Program-made: the position numbers and the translations under genes
NCBI RefSeq assembly: GCF_006345805.1
Contig: NW_021832391.1
Coordinates: 1,198 to 65,197 of the forward strand
From: Octopus sinensis
Taxonomy: Eukaryota
Direction of reading: 5' to 3'
Length of the DNA: 64,000 nt
Notes under the pieces: model-generated
Seen by the model: only the letters and a program-made list of their open reading frames with translations
What the model was told of the DNA's origin: nothing
Database searches by the model: none
Shown: positions 25,664-39,399 of the stretch, piece by piece
Numbering within the stretch: the stretch's first letter is position 1
How the letters are laid out: every line of letters begins with the position of its first letter

Positions 25664-28600
25664 GCTGCTGCGGAAAGGTGTTTGCTAGTTACATCGGGCT
25701 GAGAATCTACCATGGGAAGGTGTGTCAGAAGAAAGTAATTCAACAACGTGGGTTGATAAACCATAAGATGTGTGGCCAGAACCCCCTGGAAAATAACCAT
25801 AGCAAGGTTCATTCCACAGTTGAATTGGAACAGTCAAAAAGACTGATAGGCGTGAAGAGGACAAAGATTAAGTGGCCGAAAGCAAATGACGGAGAGAGAA
25901 AAAAAAACTATCGTAGCTTTGTGAACGATCCATATCAATATGCGAAACATTTATTTACTGAAAGTAAAAGCAGAAAATTGGATTGCACGAAAGAAGAGCT
26001 CGAACAACATCTGAAAGAGACATACAGCGACTCCAACAGAAATGAAGTACTCCCAGAAATGCACGGACTGAAGAAACCACCTGAACCAAGAGTACCATTT
26101 GATTTGAGTGACATCAAACGGAAAGAAATGGATGAGTTCATCAGAAAAGCAAGAACAAAAAGTTCAGCAGGGAACGATGGGGTGAGCTACAAAGTATACA
26201 AATATTACCCGAAATTACGCTTGCACCTGTTTGCACTGATAAGAGAAATGTGGAAGAAGAAAGATGTAGCGGAGCGATGGTGTATAGCTGAAGGTATCTT
26301 TCTACCTAAAGAAATAGAGGCAAAAATACTAGGTCAATTTAGACCGATTTCACTATTAAATACTGACGGGAAAATCATGTTTGGAATTATTGCTAGACGA
26401 ATCATAAGATTCGTACAGCATAACAGATATGTTAATGAAGCGATTCAAAAAGCAGGAATCTCTGGGTGCATAGAACACGCATTTTCCATCTGGGAAGCCA
26501 TCACCTGTGCAAAACAAATGAAGACAAACCTGTATATTGTTTGGCTAGATCTTGCCAATGCTTATGGATCTGTTCCGCACGCAATAATAAAAACAGCGAT
26601 GGACTTCTTTTGGATTCCAAAAGATGTTCAACGAATGCTCATGTCGTACTACGACAACCTGAGGATGAGATTTACAGCAGGAAAGTTCACAACGGAGTGG
26701 CAACGGCTTGAAATAGGGATTGCAGCCGGATGCACGATATCAGTCATCTTATTCGTGCTAGTCATGGAAATGCTACTCAGATCTACAAACTGTGAGAAAG
26801 CTGTTACAAAGACACCATTAAGGGTTTTTATGGACGACGTAACTATATTATCGAAAAGTAGAGAAGCAGCAGAGGGAATGCTAGAGTGGTTGGACGAACT
26901 GATAGGATGGGCAAGGATGAAATTCAAAGCCAAAAAAGGCAAGAAGTGAAATTCAGGATAGGAAGTGAAGACATACCAACAGTGAAAGAACAACCAGTAA
27001 AGAGTCTTGGCAGATGGTATAGAGATTTATTAAATGATAAGAAGCAAGGGAAAGAACCACACGAGTTAGTTGAACAAGGATTAAAGGCAATTGACGGAAC
27101 AACGCTGCCGGGAAAATTCAAATGTTGGATACTGCAATTTTGGCTGTACCCAAGAATAATGTGGCCATTGCAAATGTACGAAATAGCCTCAAGTAGAGTA
27201 GAAAGGATGGATCAAAGATGCAGTGTGTTTATCAGAAAATGGCTTGGTCTGCCAAAACCACAATACAACTGCACTATATGGAAAACCCGTGCTGCAACTA
27301 CCAATAACATCAATCGCCGAAGAATATAAGGCAGGAAAGGCAAGAACAGTTATGATGCTAAGGTATTCAAAAGATCAGAGCATCCGGGAAAACCCTCCAA
27401 AGGTATGAACAGGGAGAAAATGGAAGGCGGAAGAGGCAGTAAACAGGGCGATCGGAAAACTAAGGCACGCAGATATAGTCAGAGCGACGCAAGAAGCAAG
27501 AACCGGGTTGCAAAATTTCAGGCCATTTTGCAAGAGCAGTATAAAAGAGATGAAAGAGGCAGTGGTATACGAAGTGAGAAAGGAGGAAGAAGAAAGGCGA
27601 AATGTACATTTGGTGCAATGCAGTCAACAGGGACAGTGCCTGAGATGGGAGGAATATGTGATCAACCGCAGAATATCATGGAAGGAACTTTGGGCTATGG
27701 AACAAGCAAAAACATCCTTCATGATCAAGTCTACCTTCGACGTTCTATCCTCACCGGCGAACTTAGTCCGGTGGAACATAAAAACAACCCATGAGTGTAG
27801 ATGCGGAGAGAAAGCAACGGTTAGACATGTTCTGTCAGGTTGCAGAATAGCACTAGAAAGATATACATGGCGGCATAATCAAGTCCTCGGCATCATAAGT
27901 GCAGCACTCAAGGAGAAGATCGAGAGGTACAATAAGGGAGAGTACCCAAAAGTAGAAAAGCGCAGGAAAGTATACTTCCACAAGGAGGGAAAAGGATATA
28001 AAACCAGGCCTACAAGTAAAGTATATGAGATAGATGAAAGATGGAAGGGATACTGGGAGGTGGCCACGGACTTGGAAAGACAATTGATATTTCCACTAAT
28101 AAAAATAATAAAAAGACCGGATTTAGTCCTATGAAACAGAGACCGGAGAATAGGAATTTTACTAGAACTGACAGTACCTTGGGAAGAGAACATCGGCTAC
28201 GGAGAGGAACGAAAGGAGAAGAGGTATGAAAAGCTAATCGAAGAATGCAGAGAACAGGGATGGAATGTCGAATATTATCACCTGGCAGTGGGGGCTAGAG
28301 GCTTCATTGAAAGGAAAATGACAACGCTTTTCAAAAGAAGATTTGTTTTTTCTAGCTCGGAACTGTGAAAACTAATAAGGAGAGTACAGGAGGCAGTCGA
28401 AAAAGCCAGCTTCTATATATGGCTGAAGCGGGAAGACCGAAAATGGCTTGAAAGTCATAACATGCTGGCGGGAAATAACATTATTAGGTGAGACAAGCTG
28501 ACACTGAATCAGCTTCGCTGACTGACAGGTGACGGTCGTTTAGAGAATGCGTGGGCTAAAACTATGCGCCTTCACTAGTCAGTATTTAAAGGGAAAAATT

Positions 28601-28844
28601 TGACAAGTCAGTCAGTCACTGGCTGACACCCGCTGACAATACATCGAAGAGGCCACTTAACAGAAGAAAGAAGACATGCACCCAACACCAGAGCTGAAGA
28701 CACCTCCGAAAGGTGGAGGCCCCGCCACGTCAAAACGGTAGAGGAGTAGGGGCCGAAACTAGACGTGGTTCCTCCTGATGATGTCTTGAGCTAACTGGAT
28801 CCTATAAAGGAGCTGTTGTGGTAGCAGACCACGAAACACGGTTG
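25664..28844 (+). mobile_element. HERO-clade (RLE) non-LTR retrotransposon, near-complete ORF with frameshifts
   Basis: N-terminal CCGKVF...GLRIYH Zn-finger-like motif; RT FRPISLLN, WLDLANAYGSVPH, GCTISVILF, FMDD; CRCG...HVLSGC knuckle; RPDLV...ELTVPWEE RLE nuclease; clade assignment from motif recall. Confidence 0.82.
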
Positions 28845-31190
28845 TAATTCCTCCTCCTATCCACAGCTCAGTATCTTGGACAGGTAATCTGTTACTGGGG
28901 TGTTTAGAGGGGCAGTCTACAGTAACTTTTATACTGCTATGGATAGAGTCAGCTATGTGTTGTATAGCTGTCATCACCTGTTCTTCATTTAGTAGAGATT
29001 CTATCTCTGTGTCTGTATTATCATTACATTTCATGACAAGGTTAATGTCGTCAACGTATTGAGAGTACATAGCTAAGTGGATGTTACAGGTCGCTAGGCA
29101 CTGTTTAAACTGGCTGTCCCATCATACCATGAAGAGGTTTGCAACATCACCGACGATCCCTACTCCAATAGTACCGCCTTTCGTCTGTTTATACATTTTG
29201 TTGTTAAACTTAAAAATATGGGTTTTAAATGTAGTTCTAAGGCTGACACCGATAGCATGTGCAATAGTAGTTCTGATGTCCTGTGCATCTGAAGGTGGGT
29301 AGTCTGGCTCATCCAGCCCTGCCAGCGTTCACAGTGGGTCTTTTTGTATGCTGAGGTAATGGTAGGTGGTCTACCTCGTTTGTTATGGGTAGGACAAGCA
29401 TATAGATTATTGTGTGGCAGATACTCATCGGTACAAGTCAGGGCCAGGAAGAGCCCTAGTTCATATACGTCCACATTTTTAAATATCATATTACTCTCAC
29501 TGATTATCTTTATACATTTTTTGACAGCAAAGTCTACATCAATGGAAGGATATAGTGATACCACATCCATGCTGCCTACGATGCGGTTACTGAGATCACA
29601 CGTGTTGTTGCATTCGCGGATCCTGCTAAGGAGGTCTTCAGTACTATCACATATATCCGCAGATAACTCTATTAAGGGTCGTAGGAATTGTGAGAGAAAA
29701 TATGATATTTTGTGGTTGTTTGCATTGTTGGCACCGCAAACAGGTTGAGTAGGTGGCCCAAGTATATGATCCATGTGGCTCTTATGATCTTTTCGAAGGC
29801 CATATAGGGGTGGGATTTCATTGTTGGTAGTTATGAAATTGTTCGCTGTGCATTTCTCAGACTGGAGAATGATACTCCACATCCCCATGTGAGCATTAAG
29901 GACTTTTTAGTTTTCAATGTACTCGAGTGTTGTTGTTTCTGTTATTGTTGTGATGTGTGGTTGCATGTTCGAAATGTAATTAGATAAGTTATCAACAGAC
30001 ATTCTACCTGATTTGTTAGTCGGGAAGCATACAATCTCTTTATTTTTGATACGATTTTTTAATTTGTTAAGGCCTTTCTTAATTTTGGTGTCAAGATCAT
30101 GGGTCTTATTTTTTGTTTGTTGGTGTTTATGCCTTTGGGTGTAATTAGAGAAAGCTGACAGGAGTTTGGATTTAGTAAGGGTAAACCTTGCTTCGAAAGT
30201 AGCGTCTGCGTACTGTTTTGTTGAATGGTAAGTTGGTAGGGCAGACCCTTTTCATGTCAAACGACATGTCACGTTTGTCATAGAAACAACGTATGGAATG
30301 GTTATTGCCAGATATGTCATGAATGTCAGGATTTTGGTTGCAGTTAAAGTGTGTTCTCCATCTAAGTTTGGTAAAGCATTTCTCAATGTCTGATAGTATT
30401 GATATCTTGCTAACCTTATTATATGTGGTGAACTTTGGAGTGAGTTCTAGGGCAGCGAGTTCATCTGTGTCCAGTTGTACTCCTCCGTACACTCTCACGT
30501 TTCTTGTTAGTTGGTCATCATCTACGGGTTTGTCATTCATAGAAATTCCATCAATCGATTCAGTCATGTCAAACTGTTTAGTTGTTGGGTGGTTGTATGG
30601 TAGTTATAACATCCATGTTAGTTTCTCTTCAAAGTGTTGTACGCACCTGTCTCATACGGAGTTACATTCACAACGGAGTAGTTCTTTTAATTGTTTCGTT
30701 TCTTGATTATTAAGTTCTTCACTTTAGTGAGGGCCTCTCGCTTTTCATTTTCTTTAGTGGCAAGGTGTATATATAGTTTGGACTTCAGGTTCATAATTAA
30801 GATATGTTTTAGTCTCGACGCTTGTCCTTTCATTAGGTTTAGTGTTTTGACCATTTTGTAAATCCTTTTTGGGTAAACCTTCAGTGAGATGTAGTGTCTA
30901 ATGAAATGAAGCTGTTGCTTAGCTGTTATTTTTCTCAAACAACAAGTAACGGTTTTCCTGAGAGTTTTGGTAGCCTGGCTCAATCTTTCGGAATTACGGA
31001 TAAGTACTTGCATAGCGAGTGACTTGATTTGAGCATGGAAGGTGCTTATAAGCCATTTAAGAAACACACAAAAACTGTTAGATTCACTTTAACATTTGAA
31101 TTTAATTTGTCAAAATATTTTCGTCGCTTTGAGACTGCGACTTCTTCACTGACAAAATTCCGTGCTGCATCTGAGAAAGTAACAGTTAGT
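28845..31190 (-). mobile_element. Penelope-like element: 5' terminal repeat, N-terminus and RT
   Basis: LELTPKF, LYGLRKDHK, VCGA, SMDVVSLYPSID and YVDD motifs across ORFs 30172-30567, 29160-29888 and 28759-29070; terminal repeat at 31000-31190. Confidence 0.85.
31106..31156 (-). ncRNA. Hammerhead-like fold in the PLE 5' terminus (G3.G8 mismatch)
   Basis: TTTGTCA-GTGAAGA-A-GTCGC-AGTCTCAAA-GCGAC-GAAAATATTT-TGACAAA. Confidence 0.5.
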
Positions 31191-31485
31191 TCATGATATA
31201 TATGTGTGTATGTATGTATGTGTGTATGTATGTATGTGTTTATGTATGTATGTATGTATGTGTTTATGTATGTATGTGCGTATGCATGTATATGTGTACA
31301 TGTATGTGCACATGCATGTGTGCATGCCTATACACATGTATGTATGTACTTATGTACTTACGTATGTGAGTATTTAGGAGAAATAGACGTGTCAGTGTGT
31401 GTGTACTTGTGAATGTATGTTTATGTAATATGTGTCAGTTCAATTTGTATACTTGACTGTTACCTTGTCACTCGCTATGCAAGTA

Positions 31486-31565
<80 letters not shown>

Positions 31566-33229
31566 CTTTGTAAAGAATTAGCAAACTGAGCTGTTTTGCA
31601 ATAAAGGCTTGAATGGATTGAGAGCCATATGATAAACTGGTGAAAGAGCATGGATTTAAACTCTGCCTTCTTAGTTGCTCATTGGTGAAATAGCATAAAA
31701 AATATTGTTTATGGTTAAGATTTCTTAATTAATATCAGTTTCTATATTAGTGTATCCATCTTTAGTGAAATGATGATGAACTCTCTTACAATATGACTAT
31801 GTGAATTGCTGAAATTATGATATATTGTAAATTTCACGAATATTTGAATGACAGGAAAGCTATCCTGTTTCCTAACATGCAGATTTATTTTTCCAAAGAC
31901 ATTTGATTAATTGGTTATGTTTGTAAAACAGGGGAATACCTCAAATTTTAGAGGAAGTGGTTAATTGATTAAATTGATCTTATTACTTGACTTGCACTTT
32001 TTTTTATCAACCATGAAAGGAAGAGAAACAAAGTTAGCCTCAACAGGATTTGAAACTAGAATATAAAGAGCTGGTAGAAATATTGGAAGGTATTTTGCCA
32101 ACACTAACAATTGTGCCTCTCCACCATCTTAAGTTTAATAGAATAAAATCTGTGAATGAATTTTGATGAATTTCTTGTGTAGTTTTAATGAAAGTTGGTC
32201 TCACATTGCTTGCATTTATATCTTTCCTGAGACATGTAAAAGTTTCCATTTGCAGAAAGAATTGCTACTTGTCACTTCAAATAAAGAGTATTGAACTGAT
32301 ATTAAAGCCAAAATTTTCCTTTCACTACTATTATGATGTTTTTATTTTTTACTTTCAGGGTTAAAAAATGAATGATTACACTTTTGGGTTTACATGCAGG
32401 CATTTGTCTATCTTATATCCTTCTATATGTTGGATGTACAAATTTCACGAAGCGGGGATAGACACAACTGTCTTCACACAACCTACTTCAGATTACTCCA
32501 CTAAACACAATACTCCAATAAATACAAACTCTGAACAACGTCAACAACTTCCATGAACTCCCAATGACTCTTATGACTCTCTTTGTCTCAATCAATATGC
32601 TAGTTTTTGTTATAAGAGTTTTGCTAGTCCATTCTTCCAATCCCATAGGGGTGCCAATGACTCTCACCACAACAGTTTATACATGTAGACTTTTCTTTAT
32701 ACATGTAGATTTTACCAAACAAGTCGCCCCATGCAAAGCTTCACCTGTATGTAAGTACATAATTTTTTTGTTAAATTAAGTTTTCTGTTAGTTAACCATA
32801 GCTGTTTGTAAATTGAACAACTATTTCTCTGTGTATATTGAACAATTTCCATAAGACATATATGTTTGTAAATGTAAAATATGTTTGTTTCCCAATACCA
32901 TGGTTTAGGGTCTAGTTCTACTGTGTGGCATTTTGGGCAAGAGTCTTCGACTAAAGGTAGGGACCAACAAATGCATTTTTAGTGAAAGTGGTTGATGGGA
33001 ACTATATGATGCTTATTGCATGTGTGTGTGTGTATACACCATATCAATTATGTGATGCATGTTATAGGTAACTGTTGACAAAAAGTGCAAAATACTAATT
33101 GAAAAATCAAAATAATTTAGAGTAATGTCAAGAAGGGATGTGGAATGGATAGTGAAAGGTCTGGCTTGGAAGGTGTCCCACAGTATTGCAGCCTGGGCCT
33201 ATGTGTCATCTTGCTACTGCAAAAGAGTA

Positions 33230-33600
33230 CAGACCATTGAATGTTTGTGAAATATTGGCATCTGAGATTATGAACTCTTTGGATTTACTGATTACCTTGA
33301 TGTCAGTGAGATTGCCATTGTCAAACAAGAGATTTGTTACCTTAGTAAGTGTCTACCCTCCAACCTTGTGTTCCTCTGAAGAGAAAAAAAGACTAATATT
33401 TTATCTTTCATGAAAAAAGCTTCTGTGCAGTGTTCTTTCTGCTTATAAAATCTTCATATTTGGTGATTTCAATGAAAGCATTTGCAGAGATAAAAAAGTT
33501 TGGGATATAATTGGGAAACATGAAGCCAGAAAATACAATAGTAATGGCTTGTTTAGTACTGCAAATGTGTTCGATTTTTGCATATACTGGGTAACTGTCA
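33230..33600 (+). pseudogene. Degraded RTE/BovB-like endonuclease fragment
   Basis: LMSVRLPLSNKRFVTLVSVYPPT...FIFGDFN...IIGKH...NSNG. Confidence 0.7.
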
Positions 33601-34049
33601 ATCTCCTAGTGTGGAGCATGCTGTATTTGAGCACCAAATATGTGAGTGTATTTATGTGATCAAGATGAAAGGCAATTAGGTCTCTCATTAATTTCTGTTT
33701 GGTGAGTTGGCCCTGAGGAAAAATCTAGGCAACAAATTGAAATCAAGGCATGAATGCATTAGAGACACTTAGAGGATCTAGATCAAATTAAAGAAAGTGA
33801 AAACATCACAAAGTTTTTGATGGAAAAAATTGGTTCACGTTGGAATGAGTGAATTTGAATGAATGTCAATAAAATCTTAGTGTGCATGAAAAGCTTGAGA
33901 GAGATTTTTGAAAAGGTCTTAATGTTAATTTTCCTGTGAATGTTTCCATTGTGTTTTGCTTCAAAAACTACATAGACATGACAGAATTAAATAGACATCC
34001 TTATAATTGTTAAAATTTATCTAAATTATTTATTAATTATTATAATGTG

Positions 34050-34950
34050 AATATCTAATATTTTGTAGACATGCTACTGATCTGATGAATATTCTCTTGC
34101 CAATATTCTCTTGATTTTCTTGCCAAGTTTCTTGCAGTTATATCAAAAGATCTGGCTTTAAGGATGCTTTCTTTTTCTTTTTCGGAAGTATCCCATCCAT
34201 CATGCCTCAGAGGTGTTCAGTAGGGTTCATATCTGGTGATTGGCTTAGCTATGGAAGCTTTTTAATGCCATTCTCTTCCAACCAATCCTGGGTCTTTTAG
34301 TTGTACAAGAAAGCCCTATCTTCCATAAATAGTGTTCTTTAATCATTTTACCCCTAGAGGATATAGGAAGAAGATTTTTCTATAATATGGACACATATTT
34401 ATCTGAGTTTATGTATCCCTCACCATCCACCATTTCTGATTGACCATCACGTTTCATTGTTGGCTGCAATATATTCACGTGAAAATATTGGTGACTGATT
34501 CTCCAGACCCACATTCGACCAGTGTCAGAAAATACAGCAAATCTGGATTCATCAGGGAATTTGACGGTGTCCCAAAGTGCTAGTGACCTCTCTACCGTCT
34601 CACTTGTCCAATCTTTTCTCCATTTGATATTGGCTGGTCGAAGCAGTGTCTTCTTTCTTGCTGCTCTGCCATAATAGCCAATTTTGCAGAGATAACTGAC
34701 AGCTATTCTGGGACTGACATCAACTTATTCTGCTATATTGGAGGCCTTGCAATGAGGATTATCTTATACACTTCTCTTAAGAAAGCAAAGTGTTCTGTCA
34801 GAGGGCCTTAGTCTACCTGGGTAAGGTGATATGGACTACTTTCCCGTTTAGTGAATTGAAAAATTACTCTATTTACTGTAGAAAGTGGAATCACAAGGTT
34901 TCCTGTGGTTTTAGGCTAAGTCAGCCTTGAAATAGGCGCAGCATATGGCC
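34050..34950 (-). mobile_element. Tc1-family transposase fossil
   Basis: Minus-strand GYYGRAARKK, DESRF (near 34550) and SPDMNPTEHL (near 34225); multiple stops; TIRs not resolved. Confidence 0.8.
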
Positions 34951-35866
34951 GCTTTGTAAATTGGACATTTTTAAGGCTTCTTTTGTACATGGCATGATTA
35001 AACAGTTACATATAGAACCTGAAACACATAAATGTCAATTAATAAAAAAATATAAACCTCTTCAAGTTAAAATAACCATAAAACAATGTGTTAATGGGTA
35101 TCTATTTACTTTTGTCATGTTTGTGTACAAATGTATCATTTGTTAGAACTGCACTTTGAAAGAAAAAAGAAAACCTTTAGTAGAAAATTATCATTAGCTA
35201 CGACAATGTTACCCAACTATTAAATCTTATATTTTTCAAACTCATGCTAGGATGGAAAAATGAACGTAGGTATGAGACTTATTTTTACACATGTATTGAT
35301 GCATATAAAACATGAAATTATGTTGTCTACATACTTAAATACTTGCAATTAATTCATTGTAAGAACATAGAAATTTGACAGGTTTTCTTGAGTTGTTGCT
35401 CATCTACAATAATCTGATAAGTTTGAGGTTATTGTTGGTTGCATAAGATTGTCATTGAATTTTCTCTCGACAGAAATATCTAATCATTTTATCCATACTA
35501 GCATGGGTTGTGTGTGTCATGTTGATATCTGTTTCAGTTTAATTCCCTCTGCAATAGTTTCTTTTTTTTTTGTGTTTATGCAATATTGTACTTTCATAAA
35601 ATACAGTCGTCTCTTGCCTTACACAATATTCTGTTTCTTAGTTTCACTTTAGCACAATTTTGCTCATTTTCCTCTATTTGTTTCTTTTTGTTTTTGTTTT
35701 TACAAATATAGAAGTAGTACTTGCTTCAGTTTCTCATTATATTTTGTTAAATATTTTTGAATTTGAAATATTAAAATTGATTTTACTGGAAATGAAAATT
35801 CAATGTATAAAATTAACTTTAAACTAGATGTTCAGCATAAAATGCAAAAGTTTTACAAAAAGAATT

Positions 35867-36590
35867 GTCATCATCATTTAATTGGCTTGGGTTGGACAGT
35901 TTCATCAGGGCTGGTAAGCTGAGGGTCTGCAGCAGACTCCAGTCTTGATTTGTCATTGTTTCTATGGCTGGATGCCCTTCTTAACATCAAGCACTCCATG
36001 AGTGTTGTGGGCAGGGGTTGTGAAAAAAATTAATTGATGGGAAATTAATTACAATATATTGTCTTCTAAGGCACGGCATGTCATGAAAGGTGTCTGTCAT
36101 TAGTCATTGCCTTTATAAGTTCCAACAGTCAAAGATCATGCATTACCACCTTGTCCAATGCCTTCTTATGTCTGCTTCTTCTGCCATGTAGCATAGTTGT
36201 CTGCACAGGTATAATAAATCTGGCTTTCACTCTGAAGGAGAGACCCTTAGTTACCAAACAGAGGAAGGAGCTCTCTGAATTTGCTCTGCCTATTTTTATT
36301 CTTGCAGCCACACTCTTGGTTCATCCACCTCTGCTACTGACTTTGTTGCTCAACAATCTTTATCGTACTCCTCTGGTATTTGATGAAGCCCATTTTCTGT
36401 ACACTTTTAGTGTTTACTGTACATGTGCACTTTCCACATACAAAATATATTTTCCCAGTTTACCTTCCTCTGATATTGCTACACCTATTATGTGTTATAC
36501 AGAGTACATCTACCTACCTGTTTCCTTCATATTGAGGATGGCCATGTACCTGAAGGGCTTTACGATTTATCTGTTTTCCTACTTACTAAG
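35867..36590 (-). mobile_element. Degraded RTE C-terminal fragment and RTE-type tail
   Basis: LVTKGLSFRVK...MLHG matches 17660-17750; (CAT)n and GGCTGGATGCCCTTC tail near 35870-36000. Confidence 0.65.
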
Positions 36591-36707
36591 ACTTTGGGTT
36601 AGGGTTGGGTAGGTTAATTCTGTGACCTTTCAATTCTAGACCTTGCTTCCGTACGCACAATTTGTTCTCTAGTTCTGGTAGTGATTTAGCTATAAGAAGA
36701 AGCTCAT

Positions 36708-38650
36708 TAGTAAATAAGTGTGAAAACTCTTTGCTTTCACAAACACTTTATGTACACTGATTGAAGCAATGAAAAAAAAGGTCCTCGGTATACCTGAAAC
36801 GTGAAGGAAAATATTTGGATAATGAAACAAATAATGTATGGCTAATTGAATGTAATGTAATAAATGATAATATATGAGTGTTCAGTTGTCATCCTCTATG
36901 CCCTCCCCAATTCCTTTGAGAGAAGCAAAGAAGACTAATAATATGTATTAAATGATTAACGAAAATAATAATTAGTGCAAGAGACCCTTAATCAATATTG
37001 ACGGTGTGACGATCAAGGAGCAACGTGTCAGTTGTGCATCAGGCTTTTGTGTCAGTCTTTGCGAGTCTGGCAGAGCGACAAACAGGACAATTGCTGGATG
37101 GAGGATAAACTGCATCAGGCAAGGGTCACTTTTGGAAAGCAGGGGTTTCAAGGGGTGTTGGGGTATGACCACTTGTGGTAAAGGTGGGGTAAGTTGGCGT
37201 GGCTCTGTGGGTAGGTGGTGAGATGCATTTCTGGTCATGGTAATTTTGGAATCGGGAAGTGGGCATTGGTGTTGCAGCTGCATGAGGTGCTGTTAAAGTC
37301 GGTTGAGAAGGTAGTCTCATCACTGGTGTTGGCGTAGGGAACGCATGTGGTCCAGACACCATGAGCAGTGGGCCATGAGGAAGAAGCAGTAGATACTTCC
37401 AGAGGAATTTTGGCCTGATCCATCCACTCTCAACATGTACAGATCGAAATGACGTACATCTAAATGGCACCAGTTTTCCCCCCATTTGTAGGATTGGGTC
37501 AACTTGGCTCTGGATTAGGACATAGTTCGAAAGAAGTGAGCATGTGTGTTTTGACAACCGTTCAGTAGCACTCATGTTGTGTTTACGCAGGTCTTCTTTT
37601 CAATAAGTCATAGTTTCATGCCATGTGGAATGTAGCTTGTACTTGCCGGGATGGATGGGAATAAAGTATTGTATAGGGCTGCCAAAGATGCACATGGCTG
37701 GGGACAAGTGTGTGTCCCAGTCAGGTGTATTTCTTTATTGTAGCATTGTGCACTGGAAATTGTCAGTGTTAAGGAAGCCATTGGTGTCAGTGTTGTCTGT
37801 AACGAGGCCCTTTATTGTCTCAATACCGACTTTGGCGCGGCAGTTGTCATGGGGAAATGCAATGGCAGTGATTCTCCCCAATTGTGGAAGAAGGTACAAT
37901 GTCAGCTCATAGCTGATAGGGCAGTGTTAAGTGCCTGTGCGCCATTCGATGTTCCTTTAAGATGGTTTTCCAGACCTGTTTGGACATACCACCATTGTCT
38001 GTCACCAATTGACAGATGTACCAATGGGAATAGGCTTGATAACTCCAAGTGGAACATTCCGGTCGAGACCTGCTTTTACTTCCTCTTGCCAATGAACCAG
38101 GACTGGTATGGGCGTATGGTGGGCGACTGGTTTAGCATTAAGCAGATCGGTTGGTCAGACATCTTGGAGAATTGCCGATGGTTGCAGACGTTGAATGTGC
38201 TGGAGCTGTAGTATTGTAGCAGCTACTTCCTCAGGCGACAACGTTTTTCCTCAGTGGCTGGGAATGGTAGTGTAGTTGGAGGAGGGGGTTGTATTTGTTG
38301 TATGTGGCAGGTGCATACATTCTGTGTCATTGTTGCAGATGATCGATGAGGCTTGTCAGTACTCTCTCCCATGGATTGTTTACAGGCCAACTCATGGCAC
38401 AATCAGGTGCAGGACAGGGTACGTTGGTCATACTGACTCGCTTTTTGTCATAAATAAGTCTGACAACTGTTTGCTTTCACCAATATTTTACGCAGTCTGA
38501 AGCAACGAGTAAAGGGTCTTCAGTATACCTGAAATGTGAAGGAAAGATGATGGATAATAAAATGAATAATATATGGCGAATTGAATGTAATGTAATAAAT
38601 TGTAATATATGTGTGTTTAGTTGTAATCCTGTAATCAGCATAGAGGAGTT
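36708..38650 (-). mobile_element. Internally deleted Ty3/Gypsy element with putative LTRs (36708-36935 and 38448-38650)
   Basis: gag-like start MTNVPCPAPDC, RT N-terminus HHTPIPVLVHWQEEVKAGLD, integrase [12 protein letters not shown]...RNTP; flanked by diverged ~200-bp direct repeats. Confidence 0.75.
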
Positions 38651-38689
38651 GCTAGGGTCTGCCTGTTTTATATTTATCTGTTATTACCT

Positions 38690-38900
38690 GAATGATTATG
38701 ATACCAACAAAAGTCAAGTACATAGGTTTATACTTGGTTAGGTACTTCTCCTGGGGTTTCTTACCAGAAATATATCATGACTGGTGTTTCTTCCTGATAC
38801 AAAACCAAATTGCATCTCATCTAGATTAAGTCTTTTCCTAATTAGTTGGGCTATGATCCTCTCCGTGATTTTCATCATCTGAAGAAATTAGTGCCAGTGC
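38690..38900 (-). pseudogene. RTE RT fragment
   Basis: MKITERIIAQLIR...LDEMQFGFVSG matches 16750-16850. Confidence 0.7.
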
Positions 38901-39399
38901 AAGCACTTTATTTTTAAAGCACACATCAGGCATATGTTAACATATCAGCAATGAGAAAGCGCTCTAATCGATGTCTACCTATATACATACATATATGCAG
39001 GGTAGCCATGTACTTTCTCTACAGCGACACACCTCTGCCTGTCTCTCTATCATACTACAGGTTAGGATGAAGCCACCTCTCTCACTACTAGCAGTCCACT
39101 CATCCTTGAAATTTACTTTTTAATTTTACTAGTGTCAGTGTTACCAAAACTTTTCTCAGACATAGAAACCATGTGAAAACAGACATTAGATGTACGTGTA
39201 GTAATTCATCTCAGATAGTGTGAAATAGTCCAACCCATGACAACATGAAAAACGAATGTTAAATGATGATGACACACATACACGTTAATTGTATTTCTTA
39301 TATTAATTTCAATAATTAATTTGTTTCTATTTATAAATAAAAACAATTGATTTCGCATGAGAATGATTAGTTTGATGACTTGTGGAAGCAATGTACTGT

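Noticed and set aside
28690-28845. CTGAAGA, GAAAC and CTGATGA words in the HERO 3' UTR suggesting a hammerhead
   Set aside because: Could not build consistent helices I-III in any topology; hairpins are present but not in hammerhead register
32359-32757. Possible host exon (TTTCAG acceptor, GTAAGT donor)
   Set aside because: Every frame has internal stops and no recognisable product; RNA-seq would be needed
38495-38545. CTGAAGC...GAAA(C/T)GT motif in the Gypsy direct repeats
   Set aside because: The core lacks A9 and no helix I or II pairing was found
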